A DNA stretch of 64,000 nucleotides from Gemmatimonadota bacterium. GTDB lineage: Bacteria > Gemmatimonadota > Gemmatimonadetes > Gemmatimonadales > GWC2-71-9. The position numbers and the translations under genes are program-made. This document shows, piece by piece, positions 29,285 through 38,107 of this stretch (positions are counted from its first letter, which is position 1; every line of letters starts with the position of its first letter). The DNA is taken from contig JANMYS010000037.1 of NCBI GenBank assembly GCA_031382385.1, positions 20,567-84,566 of the forward strand, written 5' to 3'. Under the pieces are notes generated by a model. The model was given only the letters and a program-made list of their open reading frames with translations, did not search any database and was not told the DNA's origin.

Positions 29285-29473
29285 ATGTCAGCCTCGTTCA
29301 CGCAGCCCGACACACTGCTCGATCACCCCGCTCTTGCGGGCCATACCGTCTTCGTCCGGCGCGGCGGGGATTGGCAGCGCTTCGTCGTGCGCCAGGCCGG
29401 TGGCCTCGTGCCCGACCACTCCCACACCACGCGTTTCGCCAGCTTCGGCTGGCGCACGCCAGCCTGGAGCTGA
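29285..29473 (+). CDS. 62-aa small protein
   Basis: AGGAG RBS; MSASFTQPDTLLDHPALAGHTVFVRRGGDWQRF...WS; ends 2 nt before the GMC start. Confidence 0.6.
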   Translation: MSASFTQPDTLLDHPALAGHTVFVRRGGDWQRFVVRQAGGLVPDHSHTTRFASFGWRTPAWS

Positions 29474-29475
29474 CC

Positions 29476-31014
29476 GTGCCGCACTACGACGTCATCATCA
29501 TCGGTTCGGGCGCGGGCGGCGGTACCCTCGCCTGGAAGCTGGCAGCGAGCGGCAAGCGCATCCTCCTGCTCGAGCGTGGGGAATACGTCCCGCGCGAACC
29601 GCAGAACTGGAACACGCGCGCGGTCAACGTCGAGGGTCGCTACAACACCCGGGAATCCTGGCTCGACAAGGCCGGCAAGCCGCTGCACCCCCATACCAAC
29701 TACTGGGTGGGCGGCAACACCAAGTTCTATGGCGCCGCGCTCTTCCGCCTGCGGCGGGAGGATTTCGGCGAGCTGCGCCACCACGGCGGCATCTCTCCCG
29801 CCTGGCCGATCAGCTATGACCAACTCGAGCCCTACTACACTCAGGCCGAGCATCTCTATCAGGTGCATGGCGAGCGGGACGTGGATCCGACCGAGCCCTG
29901 GGCAAGCGCACCATACAAGTATCCCGCGGTCAGCCATGAGCCCCGCATCCAGCAGCTGAACGACGACCTCGTGGCCCGCGGGCACCGGCCCTTTCATACG
30001 CCGCTGGGTATCCAGCTCAACGAGGCCAACCGCCGGGCCAGCGCCTGCATCCGCTGCGCGACCTGCGACGGGCACCCCTGCCTGGTCAACGCGAAGTGCG
30101 ACGCGCAGACCATCTGCATCGACCCCGCGTTGGAGCAGTATCCCAACCTGGAGCTGATGACGGGAGCGTATGTCTCGCGGCTGGAGACCAGCAGTTCCGG
30201 CCGCGAAGTGGCTCGGGTGCACGTCGAACGGCACGGGACGACCGAGGTGTTCACTGCCGGCTTCGTCGTCGTGGCCGCCGGGGCGATCAACTCCGCGGCG
30301 CTGCTGTTGCGCTCCGCCAGCGACCGGCATCCCCGCGGTCTCGCGAACGGTTCGGATGTCGTCGGCCGCCACTACATGGGTCACATCAACGCCGTGCTCA
30401 TGGCCATTTCGACCACGCCGAACCCCACGGTCTTCCAGAAATCCCTCTCCCTGAACGATTTCTACTTCGGCACCAAGGACTGGGCCTTCCCGATGGGGCA
30501 TATCTCGTTTGTCGGGAAGCTGGATGCCGATACCCTGGCGGCTGGTGCGCCGCCGTTCGTTCCCGGCATGACCCTCGATGTCATGGCGAAGCATTCGCTG
30601 GACTTCTGGCTCACCTCCGAGGACCTTCCAGCGGCGGATAACCGGGTCACGCTCGACCGCGACGGCCGGATCGTGCTGAGCTATACCCCGAATAACCTCG
30701 AAGGTCATGTCCGGCTCACCGACCAGTTGCGCCGGATCATGCGCGACGTCGGCATGAGCCACGTCGTCCCGCGTCAGCTCTTCGTCGGGCAGCGGATCCC
30801 GTTGGCGGGTGTCGCCCACCAGAATGGCACCATCCGGTTCGGGACCGATCCCGCCACGTCCGCTCTCGATCCGAACTGCCGGGCCCATGAGGTCGACAAT
30901 CTCTACGTCGTCGATGGGAGCTTCTTTCCTTCCAGCGGCGCGGTCAATCCGGCCCTGACGATCATGGCCAATGCCCTTCGCGTGGGCGATCATCTGCTTG
31001 AGAGGCTGGCATGA
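29476..31014 (+). CDS. GMC family FAD oxidoreductase with Cys-rich motif
   Basis: YDVIIIGSGAGGG, LLLERG, CIRCATCDGHPC, AHQNGT, NLYVVDGSFFPS..VNPALT. Confidence 0.93.
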   Translation: MPHYDVIIIGSGAGGGTLAWKLAASGKRILLLERGEYVPREPQNWNTRAVNVEGRYNTRESWLDKAGKPLHPHTNYWVGGNTKFYGAALFRLRREDFGELRHHGGISPAWPISYDQLEPYYTQAEHLYQVHGERDVDPTEPWASAPYKYPAVSHEPRIQQLNDDLVARGHRPFHTPLGIQLNEANRRASACIRCATCDGHPCLVNAKCDAQTICIDPALEQYPNLELMTGAYVSRLETSSSGREVARVHVERHGTTEVFTAGFVVVAAGAINSAALLLRSASDRHPRGLANGSDVVGRHYMGHINAVLMAISTTPNPTVFQKSLSLNDFYFGTKDWAFPMGHISFVGKLDADTLAAGAPPFVPGMTLDVMAKHSLDFWLTSEDLPAADNRVTLDRDGRIVLSYTPNNLEGHVRLTDQLRRIMRDVGMSHVVPRQLFVGQRIPLAGVAHQNGTIRFGTDPATSALDPNCRAHEVDNLYVVDGSFFPSSGAVNPALTIMANALRVGDHLLERLA

Positions 31015-32135
31015 GGCGGCTCGCGGGTGCGGTGTGCCGGCTGCTGAACCTGGCGGTGCCGCTCAGCCACCTGCTGTACGGGGCGGTGGGGCTCGTCTTC
31101 CCTACCCCCCGGGACACCACCGCGCAGCAGTTCCCCTGTTGCGGCGGCGGCACCGCCAACGTCATCGCCGTGGTAGCCCCAGCGGAACGCATCCCGCGCT
31201 CGACACCCCATGCGCTCGCCGTCGCCCGCATCGGGCTCACGGTCAGCGACATGGAGCGCTCCCTTGCCTTCTACACCGGGACCCTGCAGTTCCGCGTGGT
31301 CGCGGATACCGAAGTCGCCGGCGCCTCGTGGGAAGTGGCGACCGGAGTCTTCGGTGTCCGGCTCCGCCGGGTCACCCTTGCACTGGGCCGGGAACGACTG
31401 GAGCTGACGGAATTCCTGGCCGCGTCACGTCCGGGCCTGGCCGCGCCGGTCGACAGCCGCAGCAACGACCGGTGGTTCCAGCATGTCGCCATCATCACCA
31501 GCGACATGGACAGTGCCTATCGGCTGCTCCGCGCCCACCGGGTCCGCTCCGCCTCGACATCACCACAGCTTCTCCCGGCATCGCTGCCCAACGCGGCGGG
31601 CATTCGCGCCTTCTACTTCCGGGACCCGGACGGTCATCCGCTCGAAGTGCTCCAGTTTCCTGCGGACAAGGGCGAGGAGCGATGGCAGGCGCGCGGCTCG
31701 CTCTTTCTGGGAATCGATCATACGGCGATTGTCGTGGCCAGCACCGAACGCAGCCTGGCGTTCTATCGTGATCAGCTTGGCATGCGGGTGGCGGGTGGCA
31801 GTGAGAACTTCGGCACGGAGCAGGAGCATCTCAACAACGTGGAAGGGGCCCACCTGCGCATCACGGCGCTGCGGGCGCCTGCGGGCCCGGGTGTGGAGTT
31901 GCTCGAATACCTGTTCCCCCGCGACGGGCGCCCCTATCCGGACACGGAACGGCCCAACGACCTGGTGCACTGGCAGACGGTCATTCGCGTCGAGGATCCG
32001 GCACGCGTGGCCGCACAGTTGGTGCGGGGCGGGGCGACGATGCTTTCGCGACTGCCGCCGGGGAACCGCCCGGTGCTCCCGGGCGTTCTGCTGCGAGACC
32101 CCGATGGGCATGTGATCGAGCTGGTGACTCCCTGA
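31011..32135 (+). CDS. Two-domain VOC/glyoxalase family protein
   Basis: VSDMERSLAFY, FQHVAI, YFRDPDGHPLE, IDHTAI, RDPDGHVIEL; start uncertain. Confidence 0.88.
   Translation: MRRLAGAVCRLLNLAVPLSHLLYGAVGLVFPTPRDTTAQQFPCCGGGTANVIAVVAPAERIPRSTPHALAVARIGLTVSDMERSLAFYTGTLQFRVVADTEVAGASWEVATGVFGVRLRRVTLALGRERLELTEFLAASRPGLAAPVDSRSNDRWFQHVAIITSDMDSAYRLLRAHRVRSASTSPQLLPASLPNAAGIRAFYFRDPDGHPLEVLQFPADKGEERWQARGSLFLGIDHTAIVVASTERSLAFYRDQLGMRVAGGSENFGTEQEHLNNVEGAHLRITALRAPAGPGVELLEYLFPRDGRPYPDTERPNDLVHWQTVIRVEDPARVAAQLVRGGATMLSRLPPGNRPVLPGVLLRDPDGHVIELVTP
32061..32087 (+). promoter_or_regulatory. ECF promoter P7
   Basis: GGGAACC-N16-CGTT within the VOC 3' end, 65 nt upstream of the GNAT gene. Confidence 0.7.
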
Positions 32136-32152
32136 ATTGCGCGGAGGTTCCG

Positions 32153-32605
32153 ATGGCCCTCTCATTCCGGCAGTGCACGATCGACGATGCGGACCAACTC
32201 GCGCTCCTGGTTGAAGCGTGGATCAGGGAAGAGCGACGGCCGGCAAGCCAGCCGATGATCCGCGCCGGCCTGGCCCGGTTTCTCGGCGACAACCATCATG
32301 GGCATGCCTGGATTATCGAGCAGCATGGCGTGCCGGTCGGATATGCCATGCTCGGGATCAGCGCACTGGACCACCATGGCGCACCGCGCGGCTACGTGAC
32401 CGCACTGTACGTCGAGCCGGCCCACCGCCGCCAGGGCATTGGCCCGCGTACCGAGCGGTTCCTGGCCGATGTGACGCGCTGGCTCCAGCTCCCACTCTAT
32501 CAGTTCGGGACCGGCGACGAAGGAAAGCACGCCTCGCTGCTTTTCCGTCCCTGTGGCTTCGGGACCACGCCGTTCACTTCTCTCAATGTACAGGCGGTCG
32601 CATGA
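32153..32605 (+). CDS. GNAT family acetyltransferase (possibly divergent C-terminus)
   Basis: [13 protein letters not shown] motif A; GGAGG RBS. Confidence 0.75.
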   Translation: MALSFRQCTIDDADQLALLVEAWIREERRPASQPMIRAGLARFLGDNHHGHAWIIEQHGVPVGYAMLGISALDHHGAPRGYVTALYVEPAHRRQGIGPRTERFLADVTRWLQLPLYQFGTGDEGKHASLLFRPCGFGTTPFTSLNVQAVA

Positions 32606-33768
32606 GCTCAACGTCGATGTCTCCCCGGTCAGTCGGCGCCAGAATGCCGGCCGGCACGGGCATGATGCAGGCCCTCGCCGTGCTGCCGGGCCAGCCTGGC
32701 TCGGCGCACCTGCGCCAGGTGCCACGACCGTCACTCGAGGAGATTCCGAACGGTCGCGGCGTACTCGTCAAAGTCCTGCGGGTGGGCGTCGATGGCACCG
32801 ACAAGGAGATCAATGCGGCGGAATACGGGCAGGCGCCCCCGGGCGATGACTACCTCATCATTGGCCACGAGGGGTTCGGCCGGGTCGAGGCGGTGGGACC
32901 GAAGGTGACCGAGCTGGCGGTCGGTGACTATGTCGTCGCCACGGTGCGCCGGCCCGGTACCAGCCTGTACGATCTGATCGGCACAAACGACATGACCACC
33001 GATGAGATCTACTTCGAGCGGGGCATCAACCTGCGGCACGGCTACCTCGCCGAATACTACGTCGACGATGCCGAGTTCATCGTGAAGATTCCGCAGGGGC
33101 TGAAGGAGATCGGCGTGCTCCTGGAACCGACCACGGTGGTGGAAAAGGGGATCGCCCAGGCCTACGAGATCCAGCGGCGGCTGCGGGTCTGGCATCCGCG
33201 CAAGGCCGCGGTCATGGGGGCGGGAACCATCGGCCTCCTTGCGGCGATGGCGCTGCGGCTCAGGGGACTGGACGTGACGGTGTTCGGGCTGCGGGAGAAG
33301 CCCTACCGCAACGCCGACCTGCTGGAAGCGATCGGGGCACGCTACATCCCGGCCAGGGTCCTTCCGATTCACGACGCAGCGAGGCAGTTCGGCCCATGGG
33401 ACATGATCTTCGAAGCGACCGGGCACTCCGGCGTGGTCTTTGACAGCATGCAGGTGCTGGGGAAGAATGGTGTGCTGGTGCTTTCGAGCGTGACGGGGGG
33501 AGACCGCAAGGTCGAGGTGCCGGCTGACCGGATCAACCTGGACTTCGTGCTCGGCAACAAGGTGATGGTGGGAACGGTGAACGCGAACCGGGAGTACTTC
33601 GAAGCCGGTGTCCGCGACCTGGCTCAGTGCTCGGCGCAGTTTCCCGGCTGGCTCGAGTCGTTGCTGACCCACCCGGTCCAGGGGTTGGAGAACTACGCCC
33701 GGATGTTCGAACTGCTCACGACGGGCCGGGACGCGATCAAGGTCTACTGCGAGGTCGCCCCGCTCTAG
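32602..33768 (+). CDS. Zn-dependent glucose 1-dehydrogenase (MDR family, archaeal type)
   Basis: [41 protein letters not shown]; start 32602 or 32662. Confidence 0.88.
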   Translation: MSSTSMSPRSVGARMPAGTGMMQALAVLPGQPGSAHLRQVPRPSLEEIPNGRGVLVKVLRVGVDGTDKEINAAEYGQAPPGDDYLIIGHEGFGRVEAVGPKVTELAVGDYVVATVRRPGTSLYDLIGTNDMTTDEIYFERGINLRHGYLAEYYVDDAEFIVKIPQGLKEIGVLLEPTTVVEKGIAQAYEIQRRLRVWHPRKAAVMGAGTIGLLAAMALRLRGLDVTVFGLREKPYRNADLLEAIGARYIPARVLPIHDAARQFGPWDMIFEATGHSGVVFDSMQVLGKNGVLVLSSVTGGDRKVEVPADRINLDFVLGNKVMVGTVNANREYFEAGVRDLAQCSAQFPGWLESLLTHPVQGLENYARMFELLTTGRDAIKVYCEVAPL

Positions 33769-33819
33769 CACAATATTGACAGGGAGACGCGGGGCGGGCG
33801 ACATTACGCGGCACACACT

Positions 33820-33892
<73 letters not shown>

Positions 33893-34266
33893 CTTGATGC
33901 ATCGCCAGCGCCCGGAACCCGCCTCGCCGGATGCCGGGCAGTGTCATTGCCGGGCCGGTCCAGCCGGACGAGCGCGCCCCGCGCCTCTCCGGCTCTTGCC
34001 CACCGTAGCCATCCTGCTCATGATTGTGTCTCGACTCCGTCCCGTTTGAGACAGATGGCGTCTCATCCCGGAATCGGCTAGAATCGGGCACATCTTGCTA
34101 TTACGTTGTCAGGTATAGTGTTACACGCTGGCGCCCGAGCACTTTTCCTGCGGGTCTCTGGGGAATGACGGTGGTCCGGCAGTTGCTTCTCCCCCAGTGG
34201 TCGGCTGACCTCTAATCTTGTTTTGGAAACACACTCAGGTACTACCACGCAACCGGAGCAGATTCG

Positions 34267-34647
34267 ATGAAGAAGTTCACTCGTCTCGCGCTGGGCCTCG
34301 CCGTCTCCATCCTGGTTCAGGTCGGCACGGCACAGGCACAGGGCCTTCCAGCCGGGGTCACCCAGGCGATGGTCGACAAGGGCAACGAGGTCTTCCACAA
34401 GACAGGCCTCTGTTACGCCTGTCACGGTCAGGACGGCAAGGGCCTGGTGGGCCCCAACCTGACCGACGATGTCTGGCTGCACAGCAAGGGGAGTTTTGAG
34501 GAGCTCGTGGCGCAGGTGACGAAGGGTGTCACGAAGGAGGAGTCGAAGAGTGGTGTCCCCATGCCTGCAAAGGGCGGCTCGAGTATCTCCGAGGATGATG
34601 TGAAAGCCGTGGCCGCCTATGTGTATTCCTTGAGCCATGCCAAGTGA
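34267..34647 (+). CDS. Monoheme cytochrome c (class I)
   Basis: Signal peptide, CYACH, GPNLTD, distal MP. Confidence 0.92.
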   Translation: MKKFTRLALGLAVSILVQVGTAQAQGLPAGVTQAMVDKGNEVFHKTGLCYACHGQDGKGLVGPNLTDDVWLHSKGSFEELVAQVTKGVTKEESKSGVPMPAKGGSSISEDDVKAVAAYVYSLSHAK

Positions 34648-34684
34648 GCTGACCCAGCAGCGCCAGTTGTGAGGAAGGCCAGCG

Positions 34685-34714
34685 GAGCCGGCCCCTGAGG
34701 GGTCGGCTCTTTTT
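34685..34714 (+). terminator. Intrinsic terminator
   Basis: GAGCCGGCCCC/GGGGTCGGCTC stem followed by T5. Confidence 0.85.
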
Positions 34715-34817
34715 CCTCGCAAGACGCGGCCAAAACCTCCGAGGGTGTCCTGAGAACCGACCTGGTCTGGACAGCTAAGTGCCTTGCTAGATTGTAGTTG
34801 CATTAATCGCCGTGGGC

Positions 34818-34833
34818 TGGCACCCGTGTTGCA
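34818..34833 (+). promoter_or_regulatory. Sigma-54 -24/-12 promoter of the pilin
   Basis: TGGCAC-CCGTG-TTGCA with exact consensus spacing. Confidence 0.8.
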
Positions 34834-34893
34834 TTTGCGTGAGGTCATTGCGCATCGGGGCTCGTTCTGATGCAACCCGTGCAGGGAGGACCC

Positions 34894-35319
34894 GTGAATA
34901 CCAAGGGCTTCACACTGATCGAATTGCTGATCGTCGTAGTCATCATCGGAATCCTTGCCGCGATCGCCATTCCCAAGTTTGCCAACACCAAGGAGAAGGC
35001 GGTGCTGGCGTCGATGAAGTCAGATCTGCGGAACCTGGTGACGGCGCAGGAGGCCTTCTTCTTCGACAACACAGACTACGCCGGATCCGTGACCCCTGGT
35101 GCGCAGATCAACGGGACTGGAGGCGTCGGGTCGACCACCTTCGTGCCGTCCACGGGGAACGTCCTGACGATCACCTACATCTCTGCGACTGGCTACAACG
35201 CGACAATCACCAATCCGGTGCTGATCAGCGCCATCACCACCTGCGGCATGTTCGTTGGCCCGCCAGGAAACTCCCCGAATGCAGCGGTTCCCAACGAGAC
35301 TGTCGTGGGCTGCTGGTAA
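34894..35319 (+). CDS. Type IV pilin (PilA-like)
   Basis: KG|FTLIELLIVVVIIGILAAIAIP prepilin motif, C-terminal Cys pair; GGAGG RBS before GTG. Confidence 0.93.
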   Translation: MNTKGFTLIELLIVVVIIGILAAIAIPKFANTKEKAVLASMKSDLRNLVTAQEAFFFDNTDYAGSVTPGAQINGTGGVGSTTFVPSTGNVLTITYISATGYNATITNPVLISAITTCGMFVGPPGNSPNAAVPNETVVGCW

Positions 35320-35441
35320 GCAGCCGCCCTGGCAGGTCAGGGAACCCCCGCGGGCGGTGCCATCTGGCGCCGCCCGCGAGCCGTTCCGGGAAACTCGCTG
35401 CTTGAATCGCCCTCTGCAGCAGCCCATCTTTGTCCCCCGCC

Positions 35442-36719
35442 ATGATCAAGGTTACTGCCGTCTCGCCGGAGTCCCTTGGTTCGGAGCTGGGCCTCATGGC
35501 CGGCACCGAGCTGTTGAGCGTCAACGGTCGGCCGGTCGAGGACTTTCTGGATTGGGAGTTCCTCACGGCGGACGAGCAGTTTCTCCTTCATGTCCGGCAG
35601 CCTGGGGGAGAGGAAATCGAGTACGACATCGAGCGTCCGGAAGCGCTTCCCATGGGGGTCCTGGTCGAGCCGCCGCGCATCCGCCGGTGCGCCAACCGGT
35701 GCGATTTCTGCTTCGTCGACGGATTGCCTGAGGGCCTGCGGGAGGCACTCTACATCAGGGACGACGACTATCGGCTCTCCTTCAAGTACGGCAACTTCGC
35801 CACACTCACCAATCTGAAGCCATGGGATGTGGCGCGCATCATCGAGTACCGCCTCTCCCCGCTCTACGTCTCGGTGCACGCCACCGATCCTGCCATCCGC
35901 CGGTGGCTGCTGCGGAATCCGCTCGCGCCGGACATTCTCGAACAGCTGCGGCTCTTCGCCGGTCATGGCCTGCAGTTCCATACCCAGATCGTGATGTCGC
36001 CCGGTGTGAATGATGGAGCGGTCCTCGAGCAGACGCTCGCCGATCTCTACGCCTTCGGTCCTGCGGTGCTCAACGTCTCCGTCGTGCCGGTAGGGTTGAC
36101 AACATTCAGCAAGCATCATCTGGTGCGCGAACCTACCCGGGACGAATGTCGGGCCAGTCTGCGACAGATCGAGCAGTGGGCCGGGCAGGCCCGGGTAGAG
36201 CGGGGGAAGACCTGGGCCTTCGGCGCCGACGAGCTGTATCTGCGGGCGGATCTCGCCCTCCCTCCTGCGGCCGCCTACGACGGCTTTGAACAGGTGGAAA
36301 ACGGCATCGGGGCGGTGCGATACCTCCAGCAGCGGATCGCCGAGGACCGGGACTCGCTGGCGGACTGGCGTGGCCGCCGGCTCGGCGTCGCTACCGGATC
36401 GTCGATGGCTGCGTTGATGCCTCAGGTGCTGGCCCCGCTCGCGGAAGCCACCGGCGCCGTCTTCGAATTGCTCCCGCTCACCAATTCGCTGTTCGGCCCG
36501 ACGGTCACCTGCGCCGGTTTGCTGCCCGGCCGGGTGTTTCGCGACACGCTCGCGAGCCGCACCGACCTCGATCTCGTGCTGATTCCGGCCGAGTCTCTCA
36601 ACGACGATGGACTATTCATGGACGATATGACACTGCAAGACCTCCAGGGGAGTGTGCCCGTTCCGGTCCGCCCCTCCTACTGCTTCACCGACGCGCTCGA
36701 GACGCCTCTCCAGCCGTGA
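35442..36719 (+). CDS. PDZ / radical-SAM DUF512 protein
   Basis: CANRCDFC, RDDDYRLSF..GNF, PGVNDG, Q.ENGIG; usual neighbour of der. Confidence 0.88.
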   Translation: MIKVTAVSPESLGSELGLMAGTELLSVNGRPVEDFLDWEFLTADEQFLLHVRQPGGEEIEYDIERPEALPMGVLVEPPRIRRCANRCDFCFVDGLPEGLREALYIRDDDYRLSFKYGNFATLTNLKPWDVARIIEYRLSPLYVSVHATDPAIRRWLLRNPLAPDILEQLRLFAGHGLQFHTQIVMSPGVNDGAVLEQTLADLYAFGPAVLNVSVVPVGLTTFSKHHLVREPTRDECRASLRQIEQWAGQARVERGKTWAFGADELYLRADLALPPAAAYDGFEQVENGIGAVRYLQQRIAEDRDSLADWRGRRLGVATGSSMAALMPQVLAPLAEATGAVFELLPLTNSLFGPTVTCAGLLPGRVFRDTLASRTDLDLVLIPAESLNDDGLFMDDMTLQDLQGSVPVPVRPSYCFTDALETPLQP

Positions 36720-38107
36720 GTCAGCCCACTGTCGCGATCGTTGGGCGGCCCAACGTCGGCAAGTCCACCCTGTTCAACCGGCTTCTCGGTGGTCGCGATG
36801 CGATCGTCTCGGAGGAGGCGGGGACAACACGGGACCGTCACTTCGGCGAGGCCGAATGGGGCGGACGCCATTTCTGGCTGGTGGACACCGGAGGCCTGAT
36901 GCCCGGATCCACGAATTCCATGGACATCGCCGTCCGCGCCCAGGTCGAGCTGGCCGTGGAGCAGGCCGACCTGGTGATCTTCATGGTGGACGGGAAGGAG
37001 GGGCCGAACCCGGTCGACAAGGAGATCGCCTCCCAGCTGCGGAAGACGTCGCGGCCGGTCATTCTGGTGGTGAACAAGCTCGACGACCTGCCGCGCAGCT
37101 CGGCCCAGTACAGCTTCTACGACCTCGGCCTTGGTGAGCCGGTCCCGATGTCGGCCGCCATCGGCAAGGCGAGCGGCGACCTGCTGGACATTGTGATCGA
37201 ACGGCTTCCAGCGCGAACCGACGACGAGCACCCCGAGGCAGTACAGGTCGCCGTTGTTGGCAGGCCTAACGCGGGGAAGTCCTCGCTCATCAATTTCCTC
37301 CTGGGGGAAGAGCGGCTGGTGGTGTCGCCGGAGCCGGGGACAACCCGGGACGCAATCGACACCCCCTTGCGGTATCACGGAAAAACACTCAACTTCATAG
37401 ATACAGCGGGTTTACGCCGCAGAGCTAAAGTACAAGATGACATCGAGTTCTACTCGACTCTGAGGACCCACCGGGCGGTGGAGAAGGCCGATGTCTGTGT
37501 GCTGGTGGTGGATGCGAAGCTTGGCCTGCATACCCAGGACCTGCGCATCGCCACCGAGGCATGGGACCGTGGCGCGGGGCTGATCATCGCAGTCAACAAG
37601 TGGGACCTGATCCCGGAGAAGGACGCGAATACCGCCAAGCGGGGTCAGGACCTGCTGGCTGAAAAGGCCCCGTTCCTCCGGTACGTGCCGTTCCTCTATG
37701 TCTCTGCCACCCAGGGGCAGCGGGTCAGCCGGCTCCCGGAGCTGATTCTTGAGGTGGCCGCCGCCCGCGATCATCGGGTCCCGACGGCGGAGGTCAATCG
37801 GGTGCTGGAAGATCTGCTGGCGCGCAATGCACCACCCCAGCAGCAGGGCGATGCGGTGAAGCTGCTCTATGCCTCACAGATCGGCACCCGGCCGCCGACC
37901 ATCGCCATCGTGAGCAACCGGCCCGACGATGTACCGGAAGCGTACCAGCGGTACCTGCACCACGGCTTCCGGTCGGCGTGGGCATTCACCGGAGCACCGT
38001 TGCGGCTGCGGTTTACGGCGCGCGGGGCGCGGAAGCACAAGCGGCCTGACGACGGACGCCTGATCCGGGGGAGGGCGGCCGGCGAGGGAGAGCCAGAAGA
38101 GGAATGA
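36716..38107 (+). CDS. der: Ribosome biogenesis GTPase Der
   Basis: Two G domains (GRPNVGKS/DTGG/NKLD and GRPNAGKS/DTAG/NKWD). Confidence 0.97.
   Translation: MSQPTVAIVGRPNVGKSTLFNRLLGGRDAIVSEEAGTTRDRHFGEAEWGGRHFWLVDTGGLMPGSTNSMDIAVRAQVELAVEQADLVIFMVDGKEGPNPVDKEIASQLRKTSRPVILVVNKLDDLPRSSAQYSFYDLGLGEPVPMSAAIGKASGDLLDIVIERLPARTDDEHPEAVQVAVVGRPNAGKSSLINFLLGEERLVVSPEPGTTRDAIDTPLRYHGKTLNFIDTAGLRRRAKVQDDIEFYSTLRTHRAVEKADVCVLVVDAKLGLHTQDLRIATEAWDRGAGLIIAVNKWDLIPEKDANTAKRGQDLLAEKAPFLRYVPFLYVSATQGQRVSRLPELILEVAAARDHRVPTAEVNRVLEDLLARNAPPQQQGDAVKLLYASQIGTRPPTIAIVSNRPDDVPEAYQRYLHHGFRSAWAFTGAPLRLRFTARGARKHKRPDDGRLIRGRAAGEGEPEEE

Noticed and set aside
34085-34100. Sigma54 promoter before the cytochrome c (GGGCACATCTTGC)
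   Set aside because: The GG-to-GC spacing is shorter than the strict -24/-12 requirement.
34267-35319. Cytochrome c plus pilin as an electrically conductive pilus system
   Set aside because: A terminator separates them, the cytochrome is monoheme, and the pilin is full-length; adjacency alone is insufficient.
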